A DNA stretch of 64,000 bases from Basidiobolus meristosporus CBS 931.73 (taxonomy: Eukaryota > Fungi > Basidiobolomycota), in the NCBI GenBank assembly GCA_002104905.1, contig MCFE01000097.1:62001-126000 (forward strand). The letters are read 5' to 3'. A program made the translations under genes and the position numbers. Below the pieces are notes generated by a model. The model saw nothing but the letters and a program-made list of their open reading frames with translations. It had not been told where the DNA came from and made no database searches. Shown here in pieces: positions 37,809-49,885 of this stretch; the stretch's first letter is position 1; every line of letters begins with the position of its first letter.

Positions 37809-38725
37809 TCAGAGTCCAATTGAATAGACTTTCTCCAGGTTCTGCTTTTGAATAGTAACATCACAGAACCTAACAACAGGGTAAGTTGGTCGAAGTCTCC
37901 CGCTGATATTTTCAACATACATACTGTTTAAGACGTTCATTTTCAGCACTCATATGTTCAAGCTGAGCAATCAAAGTGATTTGTATGTTTTTCATGTGTT
38001 GCAAATACTGAACAGCTATATCGGAGATGAGAGATTGCTCAGTTAAATGTAACGGGTTGCTTTGCTCAGCTCACATACTCTTGTACAGAATGGCCGCCTT
38101 GCTGATTTTCTTATTGCTGCAATTGGGAAGATGACGTTTCAATTCTTCGAAGCCGTCCTTGATTTGGGCTCTTCGCTTTTGTTCTGATTGTATATGAATT
38201 TGTCTTCTAATCTCCGCATTCGATATTGCGGCAGAGGAACTAGATTAAGAAAAGCCACCAACGTTATCATCTTAATCAACGAAAATCCAAGTTCCTTCAC
38301 ACATACTTGGACTGGTCTGTCGCTGAGGGGCTTCCCATCCCTTCTTTCGAGTCCTCAGGCTCACTACGCTTCCTTTTAACCAGCGGCGAGTCTGGTAGCT
38401 GCTCCACAATGTCAGGATTACATTCCGGGAAATCCGACAAGAATGTCTCGGAGGCTATGGAGGATTCCGGTGAAGCCTCTGGGAAAGTCGGGTAGCTCAT
38501 ATCAGCAGGAAAGAACTCAGCTGGCAAGGATAATGGATCAAAGGTCAATCCAGGCACTTCCGTCGAATATTGCTCTGAAGGATGTTAGCCGACAATGGTG
38601 ATACAAACACAATCAAGATGGGCTATCCTACCTGTCAAGAACATGGAATTCATTGTTTGTTTAGCCTTTCCAATATCGTAAGGGAAATAGAATAGTTGTT
38701 CATTGTCATAGGCGCGAATTGACAT
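37809..38725 (-). CDS. bHLH-leucine-zipper transcription factor, multi-exon; the bHLH domain is missed by the ORF track
   Basis: Spliced IRRQIHIQSEQKRRAQIKDGFEELKRHLPNCSNKKISKAAILYK|TVQYLQHMKNIQITLIAQLEHMSAENERLN|RFCDV...SIGL*. The His, Glu and Arg basic-region residues are typical of CACGTG binders. The start codon is tentative. Confidence 0.85.
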
Positions 38726-40839
38726 TTTAAAGAGGGCTCGGTCGCTCGTTAGTGAGGTATACTTTGATTTCAACAGTAATGGAGTTGCACTGTTCTGACA
38801 ATATTCACGCACTTTTAAAACCTCTTGGAAGATTCAAGAAGTAGGGGACAGTTGGTGTTGATCTTTCAAGCAAACCATTGGGCTTAAATATTGGTAGCAG
38901 ACTCGGGTCTAAACACCGTTTTTGCGACGCACCCACATCGCAATGCCATAGAGCTTCTGCGCCATATTCAAGTGCTCCTGAAATTCCCCTAGCTCACTGC
39001 CGAAAAGAAGGTTAATAACGCATTTACTCTTCGACCTCATGGTGCTGAGAACATGCAAGTCGCATACAAACATTGGATTTTATGCAGTCGCCTGCATTGA
39101 GATGTACGTCAGTTAATGGTCTGTCTTGAATTCGTGATGTTGCTTGGCTGTTCCAATTCCGGTTGTGGCAAATAAGATTAGCGCCAAAAGTGAAAGTAAT
39201 GGGATCTTCAACAGCCTGAAAGGATCGGAGGCCACCTTATCAAGTAAGAGGTCTGTGGACCATTTAGCCTGGAAACCCAAACGACTAGCAGTAGGCGAGT
39301 GATCAGGTTGAGGAGCAGTACGTGGGTAGCAAGGAAGATCGACAACAAGCAGTAAACTTAGTTGATTAGCAAGCCTCTCGATCGGTTGTCAACTTACAGT
39401 CTAAGCGCTGTTCAATAGTCCAAGCGGATTTACAACTACACCTACTTTATTCTACATTGTAATAACCCCAAATGCATCAATCTTACCAACAAGACATTTT
39501 GAAGTATGCGCTCCTACGAACTAAGGTCAAATATGGTAAGGGTAAATGATCCTACATCTTCGTCACGAACAAATTTAGAACTTCCTCGATCAAATACCTA
39601 TTTTGATCTTGCTTCATCTTATAAATTCTTCTACCTTCTGGTTACAATTCGTCCAGTGAAACACTATCAACGATCTCAACTTAGGAGACGAGTGATCTGC
39701 AAACATCAATGTTCTCGTGGTATGCAGCGCCACTGTAGTTGGCGTTGGAAAAGCAATAACAATACCAGCATGGAAATATATTCCACACCTACGAAACGCC
39801 AACTCTAAATTAGTCAACATTGGAGTGGATAGTCACTGCCCCTGTTGCAGTTGCGAAATGATTATAAAGGTGTCTGGAACATACAGCTGAACCGCCCTTA
39901 AGCAGCGTAAATGAAATTGACCCGGTTGCCTTGATACATTTCAGATCAGGATCGCAAATCATCGCTGCCGGACCTAGCACAGTTAATGACGGTGTCAACC
40001 GAAGTCATGTACAACAAGCATAGATTAAATATTGTTTCTTCGTGTTCGTCTATTTCGAGCATTCGCCATTGTAGTTGATACGTTGTGATGCAAACCTAGG
40101 GCCTTACGCTGCCCCTGTTTCACTCGTGAGCCACCGTGCGACGGACCATGGTGAGTGGACGACGGGTGTGCCTATGATACGTCATTCTTACGAACCCCAC
40201 CTGACTTACATGTATCGATGCACTCTGGAGGCTTTGGCACGCATTTCGGGACTATTTATGTGGCCTCCCGGCGAGTTCCAATTCACTAATACATCGGGAA
40301 AAGCTCCTTACTGAAAACACTTCTGATAGGAAGCCGATGCTCAGCCAATATCCGGTATGGCTTGGATAACCTTTGGATAGGGGGATCATCACCCGTTGCC
40401 GGTGAGCTGAATGAAGTTCCATTCACGAGGAAGCTCACACCGCTCAATAATAAAGCATATCAACTCATTCGACTCGGCACATAAGGCTTATCTAAGGGGC
40501 TTATTGGTAGCTACCATTGATGCTAGCCACAAAAAGACGTTGATCAAAATGATTACTATGACTTTCTGCTGCATACTTTCCTCCCATACATGATCATGTG
40601 AGATCAACAGATTTAGAATGTCAACCAAACCTATGGATCTAGCCCAAGATTTGAACAAGATTCGTTTTCCAGGGATTGTGAGGGGCTCCTAGGAAATGGT
40701 GGCACAGAATGGTTGTACAACAGTGATCGGGTGGACTGTACAGGTTTATTCTATTTGCTATTTACACGATTGTGCTATGATTACAAGTCTAATGCATGCC
40801 GACCCAGTGTACAAGGGGTGTGCTCTAACTAGTGAATAT

Positions 40840-41871
40840 TCATAAAATGGGAAGCATATCGACGGCGTCAGATGATCCGCTTTCGTCCATCCGCAACTGG
40901 GGCTTTTGCGCCCCAGAATCAAATCCGTACTTAACACGAATCTCGTGAATCGCTGCCGAGACTACGGGATCGCACATGAATGCAATACCAGCAAAAATAC
41001 CAGTCCATGAACAGACGAAATCGGCAGCCAGGTTGCAGTGATCCAAGACATCTTGGAAGTGCTCTTCACTCATTGGATGGCATACCACCTGAATGGTTCG
41101 GATAGTAAAGGTGACCAGGCTAGGGGTAAAGCTGAGAATAGGCACTATAGGGTACATGATAATTCGGATGGCCACTCTGTTATATTCGCGCTCTTTGCGT
41201 CGACTTCCAGAATAGGACAGCGGGTTGTTGCCGGATTTGAGGAGTCTTTTGATCTCCTGTCTTTCGCGATGAATGATCCGAAACACGAGGATGACGATAA
41301 CCAGGCAGTAAGTGAGTACGATGAACATCCAAAGATCGGATGTCACCCACCAGTAGATCATCGTCCATGCTTTATAGTCACTCCTGAGCCAGCAAGTATG
41401 GGCGTGTAGCGAATAGGCCAGTCCTGGGGTGCTTACCAGAATTGAGAAGAGTATGGACATGGGAACGTACCAACGAACCACTGTGGGAGATACTGAGCTC
41501 TTCTTTATGAAGACTCTATGTAGGTTGAACGCTATGCACCCAGTGACTATCACCGCGGAAAGCTTTGATACGTTTTTGAAGTAGTTCAATAGGGCACAGG
41601 AAACGGGGACCGCAGCGTCCGGCTTGAAGAAGCCGAACCCATGGTAAACCAAAATACAAATAGAACTCCAGAAGGCTAGGTAAAACGAGGTGCGCGAGGT
41701 GAGCTCCTTTTTCCAAATCCATATCAACAGTGCGCTTATGATAACAATCAACAAAATAACTATGGATGCGATGCGAAAATATGGGGTGATGGTAAGCTCA
41801 AGTTCCTCCAGGTCATTATCAGGGACATTGCTCATGCTAGGCATAAATTTCTCATAAGGGTTTCTACACAA
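40840..41871 (-). CDS. Seven-transmembrane GPCR-like protein (Git3/cAMP-receptor-like), intronless
   Basis: 343-aa ORF with about 7 hydrophobic segments. Cys in extracellular loop 2 (HTCWLR), CIAFNLHRVF in TM3, RIIMYPIVPILSFTP in TM6, and DP in TM7. Confidence 0.8.
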   Translation of the reverse strand: MCRNPYEKFMPSMSNVPDNDLEELELTITPYFRIASIVILLIVIISALLIWIWKKELTSRTSFYLAFWSSICILVYHGFGFFKPDAAVPVSCALLNYFKNVSKLSAVIVTGCIAFNLHRVFIKKSSVSPTVVRWYVPMSILFSILVSTPGLAYSLHAHTCWLRSDYKAWTMIYWWVTSDLWMFIVLTYCLVIVILVFRIIHRERQEIKRLLKSGNNPLSYSGSRRKEREYNRVAIRIIMYPIVPILSFTPSLVTFTIRTIQVVCHPMSEEHFQDVLDHCNLAADFVCSWTGIFAGIAFMCDPVVSAAIHEIRVKYGFDSGAQKPQLRMDESGSSDAVDMLPIL

Positions 41872-43190
41872 GGAGACGTTGCAGAGGAATTAGGGTATGG
41901 ATGGGTTAATTGAAACAGAGACCTGCGGCCCTTATAAAAGAAACGTCAATCTTGGCTTGATTGGACTAATTTCATCGAAGGTCGAGGCCCTAGAGTCCAT
42001 CAATGGAATCATCTACATCTTCTACGAAAATTCCTTTTTATCTTTCAGAATTCAGAAACAATACCTGCAGCTCACATGATCTGGTGTTTGGCCGCCCAAT
42101 TTATCGTGTATTTACATGCCATCGATATGATATAACGGCTTTATTTCCAAAACACTCCACCCATCATCGCAAGCAATTCGACAGCTCATCCATGTAGCCA
42201 TATTTGTACATTCCCCGTGACTCTGATTGGCCATCAACTGTTTGAGCGCCGCTTTCGACCACTCACTGTATAAATATGTTAGCTGTTCAAATGAATGATA
42301 TAAAAGGTGACCATAACCACTAAAGATGATTAATGAGGTTCCAATTTTAGTGAAACAACCAAGACATAATTCCATCTACATTCTGAATACTGCCATTTAG
42401 ACGTAGCCTCGGTTGTTGATAAAAGACTCCCAGATTAGGCAATGCTGGGGACCCATTGGACTAATATGCTCTTAGTTTAGTGTTAATCGTGATAAGCTTA
42501 CTTTCTTTCTGGCCCATTTCCTTCTCACTGATATCCAGGAGCAGATCTCATTGGTGGCGGTGGCAACCGTTTGTCACATAAACAGAGGTTCTATATAGGG
42601 AGAGGATAGCGATTCCCAGTATACTCGATTCATCAGAGGGCTTACCAAATCCGTGAAATGAGCCACGCACGCCCAATGCTGTCGAGCGTGTGAAAAAGAT
42701 AAGTAAGCTGTCTTTTTGGTCCAAGAACATCAGGGTTTGCCTGTTTAGTTCGTGTTCATTTAAAATACTTGAAATTGAGGACAAACATGTCAGTGATGCA
42801 TGAGGTGAGGGTGGGCCGGTATTATATTCCCGTATAGGCGTGTGTATCACTCCCAATATAGACCCAAGTCCACAGGAATATCAGGATATAGGTAAATGCT
42901 GTTCCTCTCTTAGATCCGAGGAGCCATGAATACTCTAGAAATCATGGCTGAGGGCGTATCTTTGACCAAGTAGTTGATCTATTTCCACATCGGAAACTTG
43001 AGGCCCTTACCAGATTTAAGCCAAGAAGGCATGGCAAAGCCCTCGGAACCGGAAAAGTAGTGTGTGGCCAGGGGATGAAGAGATTTTAACCGATTTTTAT
43101 TTGGATTTTGAACAAATGAAAACTAGTGGTTATGCACGTAAACATGAATTGTTCCATTTCCATCCTGTACTTGTCTTTCTCTTGGTAATA

Positions 43191-45735
43191 TCAGTTCTCC
43201 TCGAAATGGGTCCATGATTTTTCGAGCTCTTGCTCCTCATCCTCCGTTCTTATAACTACCGTTTCGGGAGATTTCCCCTTGTCGTCGACCGGGCTGGTGT
43301 CGGTGGGATCTTTTGGATCTTGGGCTGGAGCATCCTCTACCTCGATGAGCTTGGGTGATCCCGTCGATGCCTGTTCGAGGTAGTTCTCGGTGGCTTCCTG
43401 GGTGGTCTTGCTAGATGTGGTTTCATCGGGGAAAACTGTGTGTGGCTTGCTAGATTCGGGAGCACTCGGCTTATCACTAGAGTTAGATGGTGGCTCATGG
43501 GGTTCTTCTGAAGTTTGTACAGATGCAGGAATAGCTGAAATAGGGCTTGGGAGTACAGAGAGGGCTTGGGTAAGTGTTGTGGCTATGTCGAATAGGCGTC
43601 GTTGAGCCTCTTCGCAGATCCTCAATCGTTCCTGAAGTGCTTGTCGGGTTTCCGTTTCCAACACACGAAGCTGCTCATCATTTAGACTCATTGATTCAAG
43701 GGCAGTGGAGAGCGGCTGCTGGGGAAACAGAGGTATGAGATTGGAGGATTGACCAAGAGGGATTAGACTTGGAAGTAGCTGAGATCCGTGCGGAGGACGG
43801 AATGAGGCCAGTTGGGGGACACTGCTGAGAGGGTATTGCCCTTGACGAAGTGTTTCACGAATATGTTCCGCGGTGATTGAATTGTAGGCTGGAGGTAATG
43901 TCTAAGTATATGGCCCAAGGGGAGTCAATAAATAATATGCACGTATTGGAACGATGGAAACTTCCGTTACCTCAGTTCTCGATTGATCATTGTTACTCCC
44001 CTGACCAATTTCAGTTTGATCGGTCCTTCCTGATTCATTGGCAGTCTGGTCGTTATTGGTAGTGTTGAAAGGTGGGTTCTGTGGTGGTTGCTGGTTGGGG
44101 ATGAACATATGGGGAGCAAACATTGGTCCCTGATTAGCAAACAATCCAACAGGAGGAGCACGTTGTTGGGGCGGAAGTGGCTGATTCTGTGGAATAGGGT
44201 TTGCAGCAAGGATCGGCGAAGCATTTCGTGCTGATGAGAGTGAGCTTTAGTTGAAGTTGCCATCACAAAATAGAAGAAATTGATGGACTTACGTTCCGGT
44301 AGCACTGTGCGACGGCTTTAAACCATTGAAGTAGCTTGGTTAGTAATTTGCGTCGTGGAAACAATCATCCTTGGCACAACTTACCATGTGGGACAGCTTT
44401 GCTGTCTTTCGAGCCAACTTCTTAGACAACGGAAATGGAAAATGTGACCGCAAGGCAGCTTCTTGGGGGTCTCTCCCAGGGATGGGGCTGCTCTATTTCT
44501 AGCAGGTCGGCCGGCAATATCTCCATTACCAACGTTCTCTGGTTGATCAGCGTTTGCCAATTGGGGGATCTCCATCTCTTCCCTACAAATAATGCAAGTG
44601 CGGTCTGACATTCGCTCAAGTTCTTCTCCGGTAGCATCAGGATACCTCTCGTTCATGTTTCGAGTAGCCTGGCGATATCGAATCAGATCGCGGCATTTTT
44701 GTACAAAGGAACGGAATGTGACGTACACGTCACGAATGATATGCAAAGGCAAGCCATAATACACCATGATGATTGCAAAGAATACTAAGTAAGTAGCAAG
44801 TTTCACGAAATCTAAATTGAAGATAGAGACCGAGTGGGTTTAGATCGTCTGCCAGGTTGAAGTCAAAGTCGGCCCACGTACCGGTAACCAATTCCAGGTA
44901 GAAAACATAGATCGATTTGTTCTCCCAAGGCTCCTCACTACGTAGGTCTATGGTGTGTAAGATGTATTTACACAAAGTCGAAATGATCATGGATGCTAGA
45001 ATTGCGTACTACCAAAGAATATGAGCATAACTGGAAACAAAATCCTTTGGTGATTGGAATTACCTCGAAGCCAAACATGATCATCATATTTGGACCCTGC
45101 TGCATCGTCACCGATATCGAGTAGTGGACCAAACAGCAGTCAATGATGCATAATATACTCATCAGAATTGACATACGGATATGGAAAATAACTGAGATGG
45201 CAGGGGATTGCTCCATGAAGTCCACGCGATCTTGACAAAGCCAGTGGAAAATTTTAATAAACAGGAGGGAAGTAAACACGACCACGAAATGTGTATCAAA
45301 TTCCTCGCGGAAAATGGTCATCGCCAAGCAGGTCTCTGTTACTGCAAACCATGCTCTCTCGTAAAGATGCTATTTCGGGCAAGTTGTTTGGTGAGAAAAA
45401 GACGGATGGTGGTTAAACATATGGAAGACATTTACCTCTACCTCAACCGCACGGAGACTGCCGAAAAATATGTATTGTAAAAACTTCCCGAACAGGATGG
45501 TAAGGAAAATCCCCATATTCAGTAATATCTATTAGCAACGATTAAGCCACTTTAGTATTGAGGAAAGAATGAACATAGCTTAGTGTGGAGAATCATATAT
45601 ATATACCATCATAGCCGCGCTCGACTGAGAAAGCTGAATGCATGCTGCATAGAAATGACTACGTTGGCTGAACGCAGCGGCAATCACAGCAGTTGTGAGA
45701 AGCGAACTTACGCCTCCATATACAACGAGACGCAT
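43191..45735 (-). CDS. HRD1: ERAD E3 ubiquitin ligase HRD1/synoviolin, multi-exon
   Basis: Spliced MRLVVYGGVSSLL...|ILLNMG...FGSLRAVEVE|HLYERAWFAVTETCLAMTIFREEF...FHWLCQDRVDFMEQ...WENKSIYVFYLEL...GLPLHIIRDVY. RING-H2 CIICREEM...KKLPCGHIFHFRCLRSWLERQQSCPT|CR. Confidence 0.96.
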
Positions 45736-46612
45736 GACCGTAAACTGCAACTATACAAAAGGGGAATACAGAGGATACAGCTAGCGTGGAGGAAAGATTG
45801 AGCTACTTAGGGAACGAGAGGAAAAGACGATTAGTTAGCGAAACAAAACTAAGGGAGATAGTCAAGGGCAAAGGGTTGGGCAAATTGTTTGCTCTCGAAA
45901 CGAGCGATGTTCTCTAGATCTGTTGTGTGGCTGTAGTTGAAGGGGCCAATCTAGGGAGAAGAACTGATACTCGTAGACTCGTCTTGTGAACGAAGGGCAC
46001 GAATAGCAAAGATATAACAAAACAGAGCACCCACTTTATTCAGGTTGAGACTGTTGCTGGCTCGAGAAAGCTGTATGAAAATAGATATATCCAATGGCCA
46101 GTATATAGAGTGACGAACGCTGATAAATATGATCCATTAATTTTCTGAAGCGTGGTGTGATTTTACGTAGCAGTCGAAAAAGGAACTCCCTTAACACCGA
46201 ATCTCTGGGTAAATCTGGGCCAATGGACGAAAGCCACAATTCCAATCGGTGAAATTTCTAGGTGAAATGCGGTGTTTGAGATCTGCGTAGGTGGAATCAT
46301 TGATCAAAAGCAGACATGGCTCAGCATCCTTGGCTCAGGAAAAATAGTTCAGGCTGCATTGCGGTTGAGCAACTTCTGGATAGCTAGTGCCACTGGTAAA
46401 TACATTCTACTGGTTGACTAATGTTTTTTATTTAGTATTGCTCTGGATATCCAAGGGAAAGTTTCCAACATAAATATATGTGTATGATAGCGAGCGGCTG
46501 AACAAAACGGTGGCGAGAATAGGCGAGCTAATGTGTAGGATTATGTTTGGGAATACACGAGCGGGGTTTCTGCCTCTGCCTTCTAAAAAGTGTACTGTTA
46601 CTATCCAACGGC

Positions 46613-49158
46613 CTAACGGTGCCTAGCAAGTTCCGAAAATGCTTGATCAATGCAATTCTTCAGCTCTTTGTAGCTTACTATCAAGCAAGATTGCTCGTCG
46701 CGTGACATAAGCATGATCTTCTCATCCACACCAGCATCTAGCTTGTTTAGGCACGACAGAACATGGCCTACATCTAATACAGGGTTCCCATTCTCATCTA
46801 CCTGGTGGAACACATAGTCTCGAAACAACTTTATCAGGTAGCGGTCTCCAGTCTCTGACCAACTGGGGTCAAGATCAAATCTGAAAAAGGGCGTTAAGAT
46901 GAGGATTTTGCAAGTGCATCAAGACTACCACATACTCTGGTCTTTCATTTATGAACCCTAACTTCATCATTAACCGACTTGACCGGTCATTCACCAATTC
47001 TCCTGATAGTCCAGTCTCTAGAAAGTCGTTGTAGCTAGGATGGCAATGTAATACCACGGTTAGTTTATAATGTTAGGTCTGATTTGTGTAATAAAGAGCT
47101 CACTGGTGAGAATGGTTCAGCTCTAAGAGGATTTTCGACCCCATAATGGCAACAGCGTCATCGATGTTTTTGGCTGCCGAAGGTTTGCTCAATAGATAAA
47201 GAATCACATTCTTCACGTCCGGAGTGTAATTACGAGAAATGTAATCAATGGATTTAGGGAGATTCGATAGTGCACTGAAGGTGCCACATGCCAAACATGT
47301 CAGAAGTTGCCCAAGCTGAAGCAAATCCTCTTGCTAAGAAAGCCGCCCGTGAGTGAACGAGCCACAGTCATATTGGCAATGGTCAGCCTACCTGGTAATG
47401 GATGGTGTTTCTAGTGCTGGCGTAGGATAGTACCTCGTAGATGCCACAACAGTTGAGTCGAATTCTGAACATAATCAAATGCTAATCTTAGCACTAAGGC
47501 CGTATCTAGAGTAAACACAGCAAAACAGTACCTGTTGTTTCCAGTGACCAGGATCTTAGTGAGGTCTAATATGCAGGCGGCTAATCCAGCAGCATGCAGA
47601 GTGCGAATCGCAGTTACTATCTGAATAATGATACTCCACAGCTCCTTCTCCGGAAGAGTGCGCATTGCGAGGGTGTTGGAGCTAAGTTGACTAAGGTGTT
47701 TGTCCGCGAGAGTGGTAGAGTATGGGTGATAATCATAAACAAACACCAAAGCTAATGGTAGATGGCATGGTTAGAGGCTGGATATACTGCTGCTACAAGG
47801 GGTTAGCCTACATACAATAATCTCCAAAAGCTCTGGTGGTAAACGCTTCCCGCACCGAGACAATATTGGGATGGCTTATTTTCCGCCAATTGTCAATTGT
47901 GGACATGGCGGTTTCATTGGCCAGGCGAAAGTCTAGGAAAGGTCATGATAAATACCAAGCTGAGCGACCAAAAGGGGGAAGCTACCAACTCTCAACACGT
48001 CTAAGGACATAGGGTTTCTCATCGTTGCTACTGACGGCTTTGTATACTGAGGTTGAGTATCCAAACAGTTTCTTTGACTTCGGAATTTTAGGATTATCCA
48101 ACAAGGACAGGGAGTGGTATGTGTTCACCTCCGAAGGCATTGAAGAGTCCTGAGCTGAAGAACGAAAACGTGGATCTTAGAACTAACCCTTTTCAGATTA
48201 TTAGAATGTTGCTTACCATAGTGGTTGGTTGCTTCATTTCTTTTTTGTAGTTCTTCACGCAGTTCATCCGACAGGAAGAAGGAATGGATTGTCTTGCGGT
48301 TGGGTGGAAGATTGGAAGTAAGGGGGGATGGCGATGTATAGTGATGATACTGGAGATTTGGTTGGAGATGGTCAATGGGCTAATGCTTTACATGTTACTA
48401 TCAGAAGTCAGAGGCCAAAACACCAATATGTTTGTACCTTGCCATCGTCTAATCCCATCGGCCCGAAATTTAGTGTATTTGCGCTAGAATTTATGGCAGT
48501 CGTGGTGGTCGGATGGAATGAGGTAGCCGAGTGGTTTTGATGATTGTCAGTAGCAAAGCCAGAAGCGCTTTATAGTAAGTTTGAATAAGTGGCTTGGTTA
48601 CGAGTCCAGGATTAAATGTGTTAAATACCCCTTCTCCGACCCTAACTCATTAGGTCCTTGGTTTGTTGAGCTCTCGCGGTTAACTATAAAAGTACCTGTG
48701 AGCGTACGTTCCATTGAAAGTGCTTTGCGCTCCGGTGAATTTACTCGAAAATTAACTTACTGATTGCGGTATTTGACGCCAACATAGGGTTTGAAGAACC
48801 GATAGGGTTGAATGCTGGTGAAGTGACTCGTAGCTTGGTCCTGCTTTATGTGTAACATCCTTGTCAATAACTGCTAATCTACTATAGTGATAAAACGTAG
48901 CATACGAGTCAGGTGAAGTGAACGAAAATGGGGTAGCGGACTAAAATCGAAGGAAGGTAATAAGAACTCATGTACAAGTGTGGCATCAAAGAAATGTAAG
49001 CAAATAATTCGTACACTCATGTCATGTTTAAAATCGCATCCTTTTCCTTCGTATTTACAGTAGCCATGGATGATTACGTTACGACAAGTACGTGTTTGAG
49101 AGCTTGGGGTGGTTTGGCCACTGTTTTGATCCTTGACTTCTCGGGAATTTAACATCAT
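46613..49158 (-). CDS. PAN3: PAN2-PAN3 deadenylase subunit PAN3, multi-exon
   Basis: N-terminal CCCH finger [22 protein letters not shown]. Pseudokinase VFVYDYHP and [10 protein letters not shown]-terminal [10 protein letters not shown] and [18 protein letters not shown]...[31 protein letters not shown]. Confidence 0.96.
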
Positions 49159-49885
49159 TATCAGAACAACGTTGTACAGAAATTACTGACTGTTTGTTTC
49201 CTTTGGCCCCTGATTTTGCACAGGGGGAGCAACTATGGGAATTGCTGAGGATCCAAGAGGGGGCTGAAGTATGTAGGAGGGATTAGGATTCATACTTTGT
49301 GAAGCTATTTATTCTCAACAGTGTGCGCCAGATACAGAATCCAGTGCTGCTGTGCGTCGATTTTCAAACAGAGTTCAGTTGTTCTGGGTGAGAAAACTTT
49401 TCAACCCAACTATAAAGAGAATAGGGTGCGGCTGAGCAAGGAACTCACAAGTTAATCAAGAGATGCTCGAGTGGGTAACTCCTAAGGGAACAGTAGAGCT
49501 CAGAATCCCGTGTTCATTGGCGTAATTTATGACCCTTTTCTGAAGTATTGACATCAAAACACAAGGGAAAATAATAATTTTGATCTAGTTTAAAATTAAT
49601 CCAGCTTTGCTAACAAATGCCCAAGGGTTGATCACCTAGCCTCTAGAGATTTGGGATTCCAGTTTAGCCATATAGTGACAGGTGCATTCTAGGGCAAAAG
49701 ATGCCACGTCTTGCACCTACAAGGCTAGTTCATCTGCTTCCAAAGTGGTTTACATTACAGCATTTGAGGCATGTACATTCACAGTAGATAAACCATACAA
49801 ATAGGGAACAGAAAACGCTATGAATGTGCAATAGTGATTCATACAAAATTTACAATTATCGAAGAATGAGGTCATCATCATAGAC

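Noticed and set aside
46036-46245. 69-aa ORF with a hydrophobic end upstream of HRD1
   Set aside because: Starts at a non-ATG codon and overlaps a TATA-like CTATATA, so it is more likely HRD1 promoter DNA.
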